Assembly (NCBI RefSeq): GCF_028641065.1
Contig: NC_073414.1
Coordinates: 3,162,001-3,226,000 of the forward strand
Direction of reading: 5' to 3'
DNA: 64,000 bases
DNA from: Leucoraja erinacea
Lineage: Eukaryota
Each line of letters starts with the position of its first letter. The first letter of the stretch is position 1. Under the pieces are notes generated by a model. It saw nothing but the letters and a program-made list of their open reading frames with translations, did not search any database and was not told the origin of the DNA. Below, piece by piece: positions 13,726 through 27,800 of this stretch. A program made the translations under genes and the position numbers.

Positions 13726-14844
13726 TGGCCAAAACACAGTCTGTAAGAACAGACAAACATGGCCCAATGCCTTCTGCATCACTGTTCGACCTGCTGAATA
13801 AGGCGCTATAATCAAATCCAGGATAACAGACTCAGGAATATCTTTCCCGAGAATTATATCTACCATAACTTTCCACACACAAAACTTTCCAGTATATATT
13901 TGTAACCAAATTTGTGCCTTACCTTCTGAGTTTTTTGTTTCTTGTTTTTTGTTAAATGTAATTGTACGAGCACAGTTTCACTGTCATGTAAGTGTAAAAT
14001 AAATCCATATCTAAATGTCAATAAAATAAAAAAAAAAAAGAGAAAAAAAAAAAAAAAGACACAGAACAGTACACTATAGAAATCAACAAGAAACGTCCCC
14101 CCACAGCAGAATTCACTGTGAGGGAAGGCACTAAAAATATCCAGTTCTCCCCCTCATAGTCCACCCGAGGTCGGGGTCTATATGTGGCCTCCTTAGCCAA
14201 CTCGATGTTCTCAGGCCCTCTGCCGCGAAGCTGGATCATCGGCGTCGGGTGAACGATTCTTCAGCGGCCTGGACTGAAGCGGCCGCTTCCTCCCTGAAGA
14301 CTGCAATAATAACACAATAATAAGGTCCAATGTCTATACCAGGGAGACCATGGTGAGCAATTCAGATTCAATTTTAATTGTCATTGTCAGTGTACAGTAC
14401 AGAGACAACGAAATGCATTAGACAACGAAATACCAATAAGGTAACCAGAGCTAACATAAGGATAAAGGGGAAATCTTAAGGATAAAGGGGAAATCCTTTA
14501 AAACTGAGATGAGAAGAACTTTTTTCACACAGAGAGTGGTGAATCTCTGGAACTCTCTGCCACAGTTTCTAACATAGAAACATAGAAATTAGGTGCAGGA
14601 GTAGAGGCCATTCGGCCCTTCGAGCCTGCACAATCGCCATTCATATATGATCATGTATTGTATTGCTGGTCATCCTGAATTTGCTCGTTGCTATGTCCAT
14701 CAGTGTGCATGAAAAATAAATAGAAATAAAAAAAATACATGTATCATGAACAAATTTAACACTCTACTAAACATTCAACAGGCGTTCCGACCAGCAGCGG
14801 CACAACAGTGGCTCTGCTGCAGTGTGGGGGTTTGTGCGCGATGG

Positions 14845-15395
14845 CTGATCATGGCTGATCATCCAACTCAGTATCCCGTACCTGCCTTCTCTCCATACCC
14901 CCTGATCTCTTTAGCCACAAGGGCCGCATCTAACTCCCTCTTAAATATAGCCAATGAACTGTGTGGCCTCAACTACCCTCTGTGGCAGAGAGTTCCACAG
15001 ATTCACCTCTCTCTGTTTTCCTCATCTCGGTCCTAAAAGATTTCCCTCTTATCCTTAAACTGTGTGACCCCTTGTCCTGGACTTCCCCAACATCGGGAAC
15101 AATCTTCCTGCATCTAGCCTGTCCAACCCCTTAAGAATTTTGTAAGTTTCTATAAGATCCCCCCTCAATCTTCTAAATTCTAGCGAGTACAAACCAAGTC
15201 TATCCAGTCTTTCTTCATATGAAAGTCCCGACATCCCAGGAATCAGCCTGGTGAACCTTCTCTGTACTCCCTCTATGGCAAGAATGTCTTTCCTCAGATT
15301 AGGAGACCAAAACTGTATGCAATACTCCAGGTGTGGTCTCACCAAGACCCTGTACAACTGCAGTAGAACCTCCCTGCTCCTATACTCAAATCCTT
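14845..15395 (-). mobile_element. CR1/HER1-like LINE 3' fragment
   Basis: ORF 15055..15357 [40 protein letters not shown]. Confidence 0.9.
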
Positions 15396-15399
15396 TTAG

Positions 15400-15840
15400 C
15401 TAAGGCCTAGTAGTCAACCACTGAAGTAACTGGGGCAATAACAGCCACATATCAGCCATTGTCAATGTCCAACACAGCAGCAACAAGCCCAATATCTGTA
15501 TCATGGTGAGCAATAAGCTAACCCGAGCTAAGGCTCAATATCTGCATCAGGGGGACCATGACGAGCAATAGGCTAACCAGAGCTAAGGTTTAATGTCTGC
15601 ACAAGGGGGACCTTTGTGAGCAATAAGGTAACCAGAGCTAAGGCCCAATGTCTATACCAGGGGGACCATGGTGAGCAATAAGGTAATTGGAGCTAAGGCC
15701 TAGTAGTCAACCACTGAAGTAACTGGGGCAATAACAGCCACATATCAACCATTGTCAATGTCCAACACAGCAGCAACAAGCCCAATATCTGCACCTGGGC
15801 GCCATGGTGAGCAATAAAGGTAACCAGAGCTAAGGCTTTG
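15400..15840. repeat. About 56-bp minisatellite (GGGGACCATGGTGAGCAATAAGGTAACCAGAGCTAAGGCCCAATGTCT...)
   Basis: Units recur at about 15550, 15606 and 15661; a further unit at 14320-14455 is separated by insertions. Confidence 0.75.
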
Positions 15841-16882
15841 TAATGTATGAAATATGAGCAGTACACCCTAACAGTCTGAACATCGACTTCTCTAACTTCC
15901 AAGTAGCTCACTCCGGCAATGGAGGAGGCCCAGGACAGAATGGTCAGATTTGGAATGGGAGGGGGATATGGGGCTAATATTGCTAATTTGGATAGAAGAT
16001 CCTGAAAACGCAGAGTATTCTGTTCTTTAGATATGATGTTATTTTCATCCTTGGCCTGTTCTGGTAATTTATGTAGTGTTATGAGGATTTAGAGAAAATA
16101 CATGCGAACTTGAGACAATGTCATACAATGTGTCTGCATTTAGAAGTATCCAAGCTCAGAGAGCAACAGCAACACAATTATTTATTTGCAAAGATCACTG
16201 ATACAAGATTCCAGTATCAACTGATAATATTAACATTTTGTTTCCATTAGACAATCTCTGTATCTTCATTTGTGTGTCCACACATGGCTGTAACTATTTG
16301 AGAGGAAATATTTCCAGGTGTACTCTCAAAAACAGCATAACTTCCCTGCAAAATCACAAATCGCTATCATCATGGCCTCAGAGAATAAAGTTCTCTGTTG
16401 AATGAGTAGATCACATTATGTGAATTGAATCATAGGGCCATATGGCACAGAAACAGGCCCTTCGGCCCAACTTCTCGACCAAGATGCCCCATCTATACTG
16501 GTCCCACTTGGTCTCTAAACCTTGCCTATCCATGTACCTATCCTTAAATGTATTTTAAATGTTGTTACAGTACCTCATTCATCTACCCCTTCTCTGGCAG
16601 CTCGTTCCTATGTAAATTATTGAACAAAATCCATAAAATACAAATAACAATCTACACGACTAAGTAACAATTTAATTTTGCATGTGACATTATAACCAAT
16701 AAACAGGACCTCATATTTCACTTTGGCAGGTTGCAGCACAGCGGTATGAATATTGATTTCTCTAACTGCAAGTAACCCTTGCATCCCCTGTCTCTCCGTC
16801 CCTCCCCCACTCTAGTCGCCGTACTAGTTTCACTGCCATCCTGTTGAGTTTCACTGTCTGGAAAACTCATTATCACCTACAC

Positions 16883-17217
16883 CAGTGATTCCCAACCGGG
16901 GCCATATCCATGGCAAATTTCAGGGGGGCCACAGAAACATTTGGGGATTTAGGGGGCCACAGGTTCAATGAAGGGGGCCACAGAGCTATCACCCTGTTGC
17001 CCCCTAAATTTCAGTTTTAATAAGTTTAAATCTATGTAGTTGAAATAGTGGAATAGAATAAAAGAGAATATATGTGCAATTAATAGACACTGATATTTTT
17101 ATGGAAGGTATTATAATATCGAAGTACTTTTTTTCCGCCAATAATGTCGGGGGGGGGGGGGGGGGGCACAGAAAAATTAAAAGATCCAAAGGGGGCCACG
17201 AGCTAAATAAATGGGTG
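16883..17217. mobile_element. hAT/Charlie-like MITE with 8-bp TSD
   Basis: Starts CAGTGATTCCCAACC; ACCTACAC duplicated at 16875-16882 and 17218-17225; right TIR eroded. Confidence 0.5.
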
Positions 17218-18762
17218 ACCTACACCACAGGCAATAATGGGCTCCAACTTTCCTTGATCATCGTTGAGTTTCATTTTATTAAAAGAACATAGAGAGTCAC
17301 TAAAGGGTTGCAGGGAAGATGTACAAGGCTAACGGACATACAAATAGTTGCAGATGCTGGAAACCTGAAATAAAAATATTCAAATATAAACAGAAAATAA
17401 GGTTGGGTTGGTTTTGAGTTGGAACTCTTCTTCAAACAAATGTAAACTTGGTGAGTTTTAAACATTTTATTGACCAGAGAATAAAGATAAAACACAGGTC
17501 CTATTTAATTTGCATAAAGTGTGAGTACTTAAAACATCCTATATTGTAATTAATGCATAGCAACCTCTTTGCCCCTGTTAATAAGCATTTAACTTTTAAT
17601 TCTGTGAGAAATTTGAAAGTGTGATGGTTTCTAAAGTAATTTTTAATAAATTATACGTGTACTTTTTTTCCCTGTGTCTTATCTTTATTCTGTGCTTAAT
17701 AAAATGTTTAATACTTACCAAGTTTACATTTGTGTTATTTGTCTGAAGCTGACCACACAACATACTCAGACCTTTCTGTCAGTCTGAAGAAGGGTTTCGG
17801 CCCGAAACGTTGCCTATTTCCTTCGCTCCATAGATGCTGCTGCACCCGCTGAGTTTCTCCAGCTTTTTTGTGTAACCTACTCAGACCTTTCATTTCACAG
17901 ACTGTTACATCTTCAATTTATATAGATGAGGAGAATATTTACCTCCCTTCGATGGCAGTTCAATAAGGAAAGGGCAGTGGGAGAAATAAAACAAGCCTCC
18001 TCCACCATAGCACTTGTGAACTATATTCACCCACATCCTTGATTGATTCACACATAACAGGCGGGGGGGGAGGGGGAATAAAACAACTGACAATTAGACA
18101 AGCAATTAGAAAGCTCTTTTAATTAAAAAAAAGATACAGCATGGAAACAGACTCTTCAGCCCACCCAAGTTCACATTGACCATTGAACACCAATTCACAC
18201 TAGTTCTCTGATAACTGCGTTTGCTTCCTACACACCAGGGGCAATTTAACAGAGGCCAATTGACCTACAAACCCGCACGTCTGGGATGTGGGAGGAAGCC
18301 CATGCACCCACAGGGAGAATGTGTAAAATTCCACACAGATGGCACTGGAGGTAGGGATTAAATCCATGCCTCTGGTGCTGCGAGGCAGAAACTCAACCAG
18401 CCACTGTTCTGCCCTGATCTCCAGGAGACCAGGGCCAGGTTGTTGCCTCAGCTAACTCCATGCACATCAGGGACCAAATGGTGAAGATGTGGGAGATGTA
18501 ATACCATTTTCATTTAACAGCCACCCACAGTTTCATTCTTTCATGGTGTAATGGCTGTTGGGTCCAGAGCAACAGGGCACTTGGCCATTTTAATCATTCT
18601 TGATGAATGGGGAAAGAGGAGAGATTAGGACTTTTTGGTTTCGACTCACCATGTACAAATACCACAACATCTTCTCTCTAACAGTCGCAAAGCAAACTCA
18701 GAAACAATTCTAACTTTAAAATGGAAAAATATGACATATAATTGAACTGTGTTTGAATCTCG

Positions 18763-18889
18763 TCATTCTCTATCCAACTCTGTTTCCATATCTTCGATTT
18801 CCACCGGCTCCTCCTCATCGAAGTATCGCTCCTCTTCATCACGATTCACAATGTCAAGGTTGTCAAACTCTGGGTTGTCATCGACAGTA
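18763..18889 (-). CDS. CCDC97: CCDC97 exon 5 (terminal coding part)
   Basis: [41 protein letters not shown]. Confidence 0.93.
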
Positions 18890-21800
18890 CTGAAAGGGGA
18901 ATGGATATGGGTCTTAAATCAACTGCAAGTTTTACAGAGGTCAGCTCAACAGTGTTTATTCATTCTCCAACCTTAAAGTATGTTTCAGCACCATGCTATT
19001 TTTTTCTGTGTCGAGTGATGGCGAAGACTAGAAAGCATTGCTCTAAGATGAGAGGGGCAAAGTTTAAAGGAGATGTGTTGGGCAAGTTTTTTTACAGAGG
19101 GTGTTGGGTGTCTGAAACTTGCTACCTGGGGTGGTGGTGGAGGCAGATATAATAGTGGCATTTATGAGGATTTTAGGAAGACACATGGATATATGCAAAG
19201 AATGGAGGGTTATGTGCAGGCAGTGGAGATTAACTTGGCATCATGTTTGGCACAGACATTATGGGCCAAAGGGCCTGTTTTTGTGCTGTTCTATGTTCAA
19301 ATGTTGAAACAAAAATCTTCCATTAAATTCTGCACCTCTCAGATCTTAAGGATTTGAAATACTTTAGAATCACATCACGAAAGACTATATTAAATCGAGA
19401 CAAAATCGAGCCAAAATCTGCACAGAAATGTCAGCTCTGCGCATTACCAGGGCAGTGTTATAAATATCCACTGATCAGCTTTGGGTATTGGTTGAGCAGC
19501 TGATCCATTGTCAATCCACATTCTGCTTCTCTTGTTCAAAATAGTTAGCAGTGTGTGTTTCACGTCCACTCAAGAGCACAGATGGGGCTGTGATTTCATG
19601 TCTCATTCAAAAACAACAACATTTATGACAGTAGACATAAGGAACTGTAGATGATGTTTTACCAAAAAAAAAACACACAAAGAGCTGGAGTAACTCAGCA
19701 GGTCAGGCAGCATCTCTGGAGAATATGGATAGGTGGCATTTCGGGTCGGGATGCTTTTTCACAGTGATGCACTCGGTATCGTACTGAACTGCCAGGCTTT
19801 GTCCCCCAGGCTCCCAATTTGTGAATCCTGCTCCTCTGTTTTATGGGTAGGAAGGAACTGCAGATGCTGGTTTAAACCAAAGATACACAAAATATCAGAG
19901 TAACTCAGCGGAAGACAGGCAGCATCTCCAGAGAGAAGGAATGGGCGACGTTTCGGGTCGAGACCCTTCCTCAGTCTGTAGAAGGGTCTCGTCCCGAAAC
20001 GTCACCCATTCCTTCTCTCCAGAGATGCTGCCTGTCCCGCTGTGTTACTCCGGCATTTTGTGTCCATCCTCTGTCTTATGGTCCCACTTCTGGTTCAAGG
20101 CACTAATGTGTGGGTAATGTTGGTACACGACACACAGAGCCACAGCCTCGCATCTCAGAAACGCTGCAAACTGCTTCGTAGACAGGAGAGGATGCCAAGC
20201 CAACTCGCATCAAGTTACACTGTTGCTGTGGACACAAAATGATAAGCTGTTCCGTGGATTTCGTTAAGAAAAAAATTTAAGGATCAATCCTCCAGTGAAG
20301 GAGAACGGTTTTTCGGAAATCAGATGAAACGAGGAGAGAAACTTTCCTTTGATAGGAAGGCTCAGGAAGTCAGAAACTGCCACACAGCCGATTCACTCTT
20401 CCTGAACTGCATCCACTTTGTAACTTAGGAAATAATGTAGCCAATTCATATCCAGCGAGATCTCACAAACAGCGGAGAAATAACGGCCACGCAACATACT
20501 TTCTTTTACCAATGTTGATTGCTCAGTAAATATTGGCCAGAGCATCAGAACATTCCTTGGTCGTTCTTCAAAACAATGACAGGGCAGCTCCTGCATCGTT
20601 CTCAAGTGGTGGATGGCGTTTGGTTTTAATATCTTACCAGAACGTCAGCACGTTTAGCAAAGGAGCACCCTCTCGCTGCGTTGTGACTCTCAGCTGAGAT
20701 ATCTGCGCTGAGGCCACAGTTGACCATAAGAAATAGGAGCAGAATTAGGCCTTTCAGCCCAATCGAGTTTACTCCGCCATTCAATCATGGCCAATTTATT
20801 TTTCCCTCACAACCCCATTCTTCTTCTGCCTTCTCTTCGTAACTCTTGACAACGTCACGAATCAAGAACCTATCAATCTCTCTACCTTAAAAAAACACAA
20901 TATCATTCAGTCTTTAAAAGGCAGTCCAAAGGGCCAAGTGACTTCCATCTGTGCTGTATACATGTTCAGAGGAACAGGGCAGAAACAGGCCCTTCGGCCC
21001 AGCGTGTCCGCGCGGACCAGCAATCACCCCGTGGACTAATCTACACACAGTAGGGATAATTTTAACTACTTTCTAAAGCCAGTTAACCTTCAAACCTGTA
21101 TGCCTTTGGAGTGTGGGAGGAAACCGGAGCACCCGGGGATGACCTACTTGGCCACAGGGAGAGCATACAGACTTCACCCAAAGTCAGGGACGAACCCAGG
21201 TCTCAGGCAATGTCAGGCAGCAACTCTACCACTGAACCACTGCACCGCCCAAACGTCTGAATGAAAGTTACCTGTAATCAAAGTCTCTATCTTCTCCATC
21301 TAGGAAGCGCTGGTGCATGCGGCTGACAAATTCGTCCCTCAGCATGCTCTTCTCGTCATCACTGGGCACCCACTCCTCAGCATTAGACACAGGACTGTCC
21401 TCTGTATGGGAACAGGAGCAATGGAACAAGGTGGAACTCAAAACGGGAGTATAAGAGGTTGCCCCAAAGACCCAAACAGAGCACTAATGCAGATGCTGTG
21501 TGTTGTATGCAAAACAAAGCAATTCACTGTACCGAGATACGTGACAATAAGTATAATTGAATCAATGAGATGCAGCATGGAGCGGTGCAGTAAAGGAGAT
21601 TCTGAGAACGCAACTTCTTGCTGGAACAGGATCAAAATTTGTTGCAATCGTTATGGGCCGAATGGCCTCGATCTGTGTGAAATCTACATTACGATGTGAT
21701 GCCCCTTACATGGCTACACCCATGTTAAACAAACCTAACAATCGGGAAAAGGAGGTCAGGGAGATACAAGGATGCTGGAATCTTGAGTGAAACACAAAGT

Positions 21801-24800
21801 GCTGGAGTAACTCAGCAGTTCAGGCAGCATCTGCGGAGGGACTGAATAGGTGACATTTTGGGTTTTGACCCTTCTTTGGACTGTGATATTTCAGGTCGGG
21901 ACCCTTCTTCAGTCTGAAGACGGGCCCCGACCCTAAACATTGCTATTCCATTCTTTCCACTGATACTGGCGGACCCGCCGAGTTCCTCCAGCACTTTGTG
22001 TTTTAGGACATTCAGCCCCTCAAACCTGCTCCAGACACAGGACTTGGCAGTATTAGTAGTAAAACATAGCCCAAGCAGGAGGGCTCGGGGGGGGGGGGGG
22101 GGGGGGGGGGGGACCACGGGTGAACATTGGAGAACATTAGAGGAAGATGACTGACTTTGATGCCTTCTCTCACAGTGGGAAACTTTTGATTCTGCTGTGT
22201 GGGGGTGTTTTTATGTTGAACACTATCGTGTGTTGTGTTCTATATTTTATTGTATGGCTGGATGGTGATCACATTCACTGTGCCATCTGGCACATGTGAC
22301 AAATAAATGTATCTTGTATCTTGTATCTTGAAAAAAAAAGCATGTCTTCAGAGGAGAAATCTGGAAGAAAGGTTTAGTGCAAGGATAACATTTATAACAT
22401 TCAGGTTTTGCTTTCAATTGGCAGAATTATTCTCTTCAGGGAAGATCTAAACCAAGAGATATTTTAAAAAGGCACCTTCATCCTCGTCTTCCTCTTCTTC
22501 ACAGGCATCCTCTCTTTCTTGCTGCCACTGCAGTCTCTGCTGCACAATCTTTTCCTGATATGTGCTCATGAGTAGGTCAGTCAAAGTCATTGCAGTGCCC
22601 AGGTTCCTGTTGCTTTGAACCAACAGCTCCTCATCTGTCATGTACTGCCTGATGTATTGTTCGTAGAGCAGGGGATCTCTCGTTCGCATCTGCTCATCGC
22701 TGAAGTACTCCCCATCTGCAGTGCAAAACCAAACACAGGTTAGCACAGTTGCTTCAAAGAATGGGCCACAAAAATCCCAGCCACAGGCGCAGTGTAGAGC
22801 AAGATCCTGTGGGAGGTGCTGTCGGAGTGACTCAAGCGAGTTATGAGGATGTTGCCAGGATCTGAGCTTTAGGGAGAGGTTGAGTAGGCTCGGACTCTAT
22901 TCCTTGGAACACAGTAGGATGAGGGGTATAAAATCATGAGACAAATAGATCAGGTAGATACACAGAGTCTCTTGCCCAGAGTAGGTGAATCAACATACCA
23001 GAGGTCATAGGTTTAAAGTGAAGTGGAAAAGATTTAATAGGAATCTGAGGGGTAATGTTTTCACACAAAGGGTGGGGTGCATGGAACAAGCTGCCAGAGG
23101 AGGTTGTTAAGGCAGGGGCTATCCCAACCTTTAAGAAACAGTTAGACAGATACATGGATAGGACAGGTTTGGAGGGATATGGACCAAACGCGGGCAGGTG
23201 GGACTAGTGTAGCTGGGACATGTTGGCCAGTGTGGGCAAGTTGGACAGAAGGGCCTGTTTCCACACTGTATCACTCCATGACTCCCAAAGCAATTGGCGT
23301 AAGGCACATTCTGGCAGTCATTTGTGTAAATATCCAGCGGAGAGGAGGCATATTCATCAGACAGAGCATTGGCTCAGTTAAATAACTGATGCAACAGAGA
23401 AAGCATGTGAACCGATATTTTTCTTCACTGACAGTATTACCACTGCTTTAGAAAAAGAACATCATTAGAAAGATCGAGTGTAACTGAAAAATGGAAACAT
23501 TTTGGAAAGACCTGCAACAGTAAACAGAAAGGGGCTCAAATGGATTCTGTCGACTTGTGTAAATATTTGCATTGGTTAAACTGTTTATACATTCTAGACA
23601 AACAGGAGAGAAGGTACAGCAGTTGGTTACAGTGAAGTTGGCCAACAGTTACTTCCAGCGTTTAAGAGGGAACTGCAGATGCTGGAGAATCAAAGGTTAC
23701 ACAGAAAAGCTGGAGAAACTCAGCGGGTGCAGCACCTAGCTCTGAAGGCCCACGGGGCGAGATGTCTTGTTTCACTGTTAAACAAAATGCAGGAAGAATA
23801 TAATTTCAATTCATATTTGATACAAATGTACAGCAAAACAAAATGGTAATTATCTGATACACTTCTAGCAAGCTGCCTTGGAAGGCCAGGGTGGATTTGA
23901 GAACAGTTGCCAAGATAGATTAGAGAGAGATTCACTTTACATCGCACCAGGAAGCGCTGACTGTGGCAAAACAACAAACATGTATACATGTACACAGACA
24001 CAGGGTGGTCGGGGTCGGCAGTCGTTGAGGCCAAGGACGGGCCACGCGGGAGTCGGGGAAGGGGCTGGCAGGAACGAAGGTGGAACCGGCGTGAGGGGAC
24101 CGCTGTGATGGGGGGAGAACAAAGGAAGACCCTTCTGGAGGGAACGGCTGGGAGGGGGGGGATAATATAGGTGGACCTGGAGCAAGGGGGAGGGGGGGGG
24201 GGGGGGAGAACATACAAACATACAAACATAGAAAATAGGTGCAGGAGGAGGCCATTCGGCCCTTCAAGCCAGCACCGCTATTCACCGCCATGGCTGATCG
24301 TCCCCTATCAATGCCTGCCTTCTCCCCATATCCCTTGACTCCATTAGCCCCTAGAGCTCTATCTAACTCTCTCTTAAATCCATCCAGTGACTTGGCCTCC
24401 ACTGCCCTCTGTGGCAGGGAATTCCACAAATTCACAACTCTCTGGGTGAAAACGTTTTTTTCTCACCTCAGTCTTAAATTACCTCCCCTTTATTCTAAGA
24501 CTGTGGCCCCTGGTTCTGGACTCGCCCAATGGGATACTTTGTAGCTGTGTCGGCGCCCTTTAAGTGGCCACCCTTCGCATACCTTTACTATTTACAAGCA
24601 GAGAATTTCACTGTGACTCATCACACATGATAATAAAGTGTTCATTCATTCACACTCTAAAGGGGAGAAACCTATTGCAGACAGCTAAAGGGCGCAGGAG
24701 ATGGAGCCGCTCCTTCACATCTCTGGCAACCTGGGTTCAACCCCAGCCCTGGACACTGCCTGTGTAGAGTTTGCACGCTCTCCCTTTGACCAAATGGGTT

Positions 24801-27800
24801 TCCCCAACCCGGCCCATGGTTAATAGTTTTTTGAGCCACTGTAAATTGCCCCGACATGCAGCTGAGTGGCAGTCTGGACAGACACAAAATGCTGGAGGCA
24901 GAGGGGTAACTCAGCGGGACAGGCAGCATCTCTGGAGAGAAGGAACGGCCAATTCACTGGATACTTTCAAGAGGAGAAGAAGGATCTCGACCCAAAACAG
25001 GTCGAGATCCTTCTCCTCTTGAAAGCATCCAGTGAATGGGCCTCCACTGCCTTCCGAGGCATCGAACTCCACAGATTGAAAACTCTCTGGGTGAAAAAGT
25101 TTTTCCTCATCTCCGTTCTAAATGGTCTATCCCTTAGTCTTAAACTGTGGCCCCTGGTTCGGGACTCCCTCAACATCGGGAACATGTTTCCTGCCTCTAG
25201 CGTGTCCAATCCCTTATATGTTTCAATAAGATCCTGATGAAGATGTTGTGAACACCAGCCTAAAGACTGGACAGGGAAAGAGATTTATTTGCACACATCA
25301 CCTTTGATCATCTGCTGCAGGGCCGCGTACCTCTTGTTGCGGACGTTAGTTCGGGCCCTTTTCTTCATTGAAGACTTTTGCACTTCGTTGCAGTAAAAGG
25401 CAACTTCGTAGTTGCCAGCCAAGTGTCTGAAGCAGCGCAGGTGATCTTCTCTGATGATCTTGTGAAAGCGTTCCAGGAAAACCACCGGCTTACAGAAGAA
25501 AAGCTCCTTCACGATGGCCAGCTTCTGGTCGTAGAGGAGGTCGGGCTCGTCCTTCTGCTGGCTCTTGATCACGGCCTTGCTGCTGGATATGGCGTGGAAC
25601 ATACTGTTGAGCGAGGCATCCATGGCATCGATCTCCAGGAGTTCGGAGCGCTCCCTGCTCACTCTGAGCGCTGCTGCCGAGGCGAGAGCAGCCGGTTGAC
25701 TCTGCTCCCCTCCCTCAGTCGGAGCCTCCTGCCCCTCGGTGGGAATCACAATCATCTCGTCCACTCGAGTATCGCCTTGCTGCGCAACAGCACCGGTAGA
25801 AGAGTCGCTTATCACTGGAGCAACTTCCTGGACCTCTTGAGTTTCAGGACCTAGGGTTCAATTAATTTCCCAACAATTAAGCAGTTTCAGGGAACAGGTT
25901 GTTTTTGAGAACTTCTGATTGATTGAAAGATACAGCATGGAATCAGGCCCTTCAGCCCGTCAAGGCTAGTTCACACGAGAGAACAAAGGAGGACCTGACG
26001 CAGGAGACTCTGTATCTTTCTCTGCGCCTTTTATGGGGCAACTATTGTATACCTTAGGTATGCAAGCAAATAATTTTGCTGTGACTTGTCACATGCGACA
26101 ATAAAGCATTCATTAATTCACTAGTTAGAGTGATACAGAGTGGAAACAGGCCCTTCGGCCTAACTTGCCCACACCGGTCAACATGTCCCAGCCGCACTAG
26201 TCCCACCTGCCTGTGCTTGGTCCATAATCCCTCCAAACCTGCCCTATCCATGTAACTGTCTAACCGTTTCTTAAACATTGGGATAGTGCCAGCCTCAACT
26301 ACCTCCTCTGACAGCTTGTTCTATACACCCACCACCTGTTCTCTGTTATTCCACTTTCTCGTCCACTCCCTACACACCAGGGGCAATTATCTATATATAT
26401 TTTTGTACAGAGGTCAATTAGCTTAAAAACCCACAAGCGGTCACAGGGAAAATGTGCAAACCACGCAGCCAGCAGCCAAGGTCACGATTGTATCCCCTCT
26501 CCCTCCCACACCCTAGTTGTACTAGTTACACTGTCACCCTGGTGGGTTTCATTGTCTGTAATTCGTTTTGACCTAGCTAACAATGGCCTGTTTCCGTCTT
26601 CATCGTTTCTTTCTTGCATATCTTTAATTTATTTGTTCTATATATCTCTCTACATCACCGTCTGTATCTCTTGTTTCCCTCTCACCTGACTCTCAGTCTG
26701 AAGAAAGGTCTCGACCCGAAACGTCACCTATTTCCTTTTCTCCAGAAATGCTGCCTGTCCCCGCTGAGTTACTCCATTTTATTGTGTCTACCTCACTCAA
26801 TGGGACGTTCACATTCTATACAAGCTGCATGGTGTGGACCAGAGAACAGTTATAGGCTCCATCTTTCCTTAGTCATCTGTTGGACACATAATGCTGGAGT
26901 AACTCAGCAGGACAGGAGCATCTCTGGATAGAAGGAATGGGTGACCTTTCAGGTTGCCAATCCTGATTTGCTCTGAACTTTTCTTACCTCAAATTCCCTC
27001 CTCTCCACTCCTCTCTACTCTCAGTCTGAAGAAGGGTCTCGACCCGAAACGTCACCCATTCCTCCTCTCCAGAGATGCTGCCTGTCCTGCTGAGATACTC
27101 CAGCACTTTGAGTCTATTCCTGGGATGTCAAGTCTTTCATATGAAGAAAGACTGGATAGACTTGGCTTGTACTCGCTAGAATTTAGAAGATTGAGGGGGG
27201 ATCTTATAGAAACTTACAAAATTCTTAAGGGGTTGGACAGGCTAGATGCAGGAAGATTGTTCCCGATGTTGGGGAAGTCCAGAACAAGGGGTCACACAGT
27301 TTAAGGATAAGGGGGAAATATTTTAGGACCAAGATGAGGAAAAACATTTTACACACACACAGAGAGTGGTGAATCTGTGGAATTCTCTGCCACAGAAGGT
27401 AATTGAGGCCACAGTTCATTGGCTATATTTAAGAGGGAGTTAGATGTGGCCTTTGTGGCTAAAGAGATCAGGGGGTATGGAGTCGAGTCAAGTTTATTTG
27501 TCACATACACATACGAGATGTGCAGTGAAATGAAAGTGGCAATGCTCGCGGACTTTTGTGCAAAAAGACAAACAACCAAACAAACTATAAACACAATCAT
27601 AACACACAGAAAAGCTGGAGAAACTCAGCGGGTGCAGCAGCATCTATGGAGCGAAGGAAATAGGCAACGTTTCGGCCCGAAACGTTGCCTATTTCCTTCG
27701 CTCCATAGATGCTGCTGCACCCGCTGAGTTTCTCCAGCTTTTTTGTGTAACCTTCGATTCTCCAGCATCTGCAGTTCCTTCTTAAACATCATAACACACA

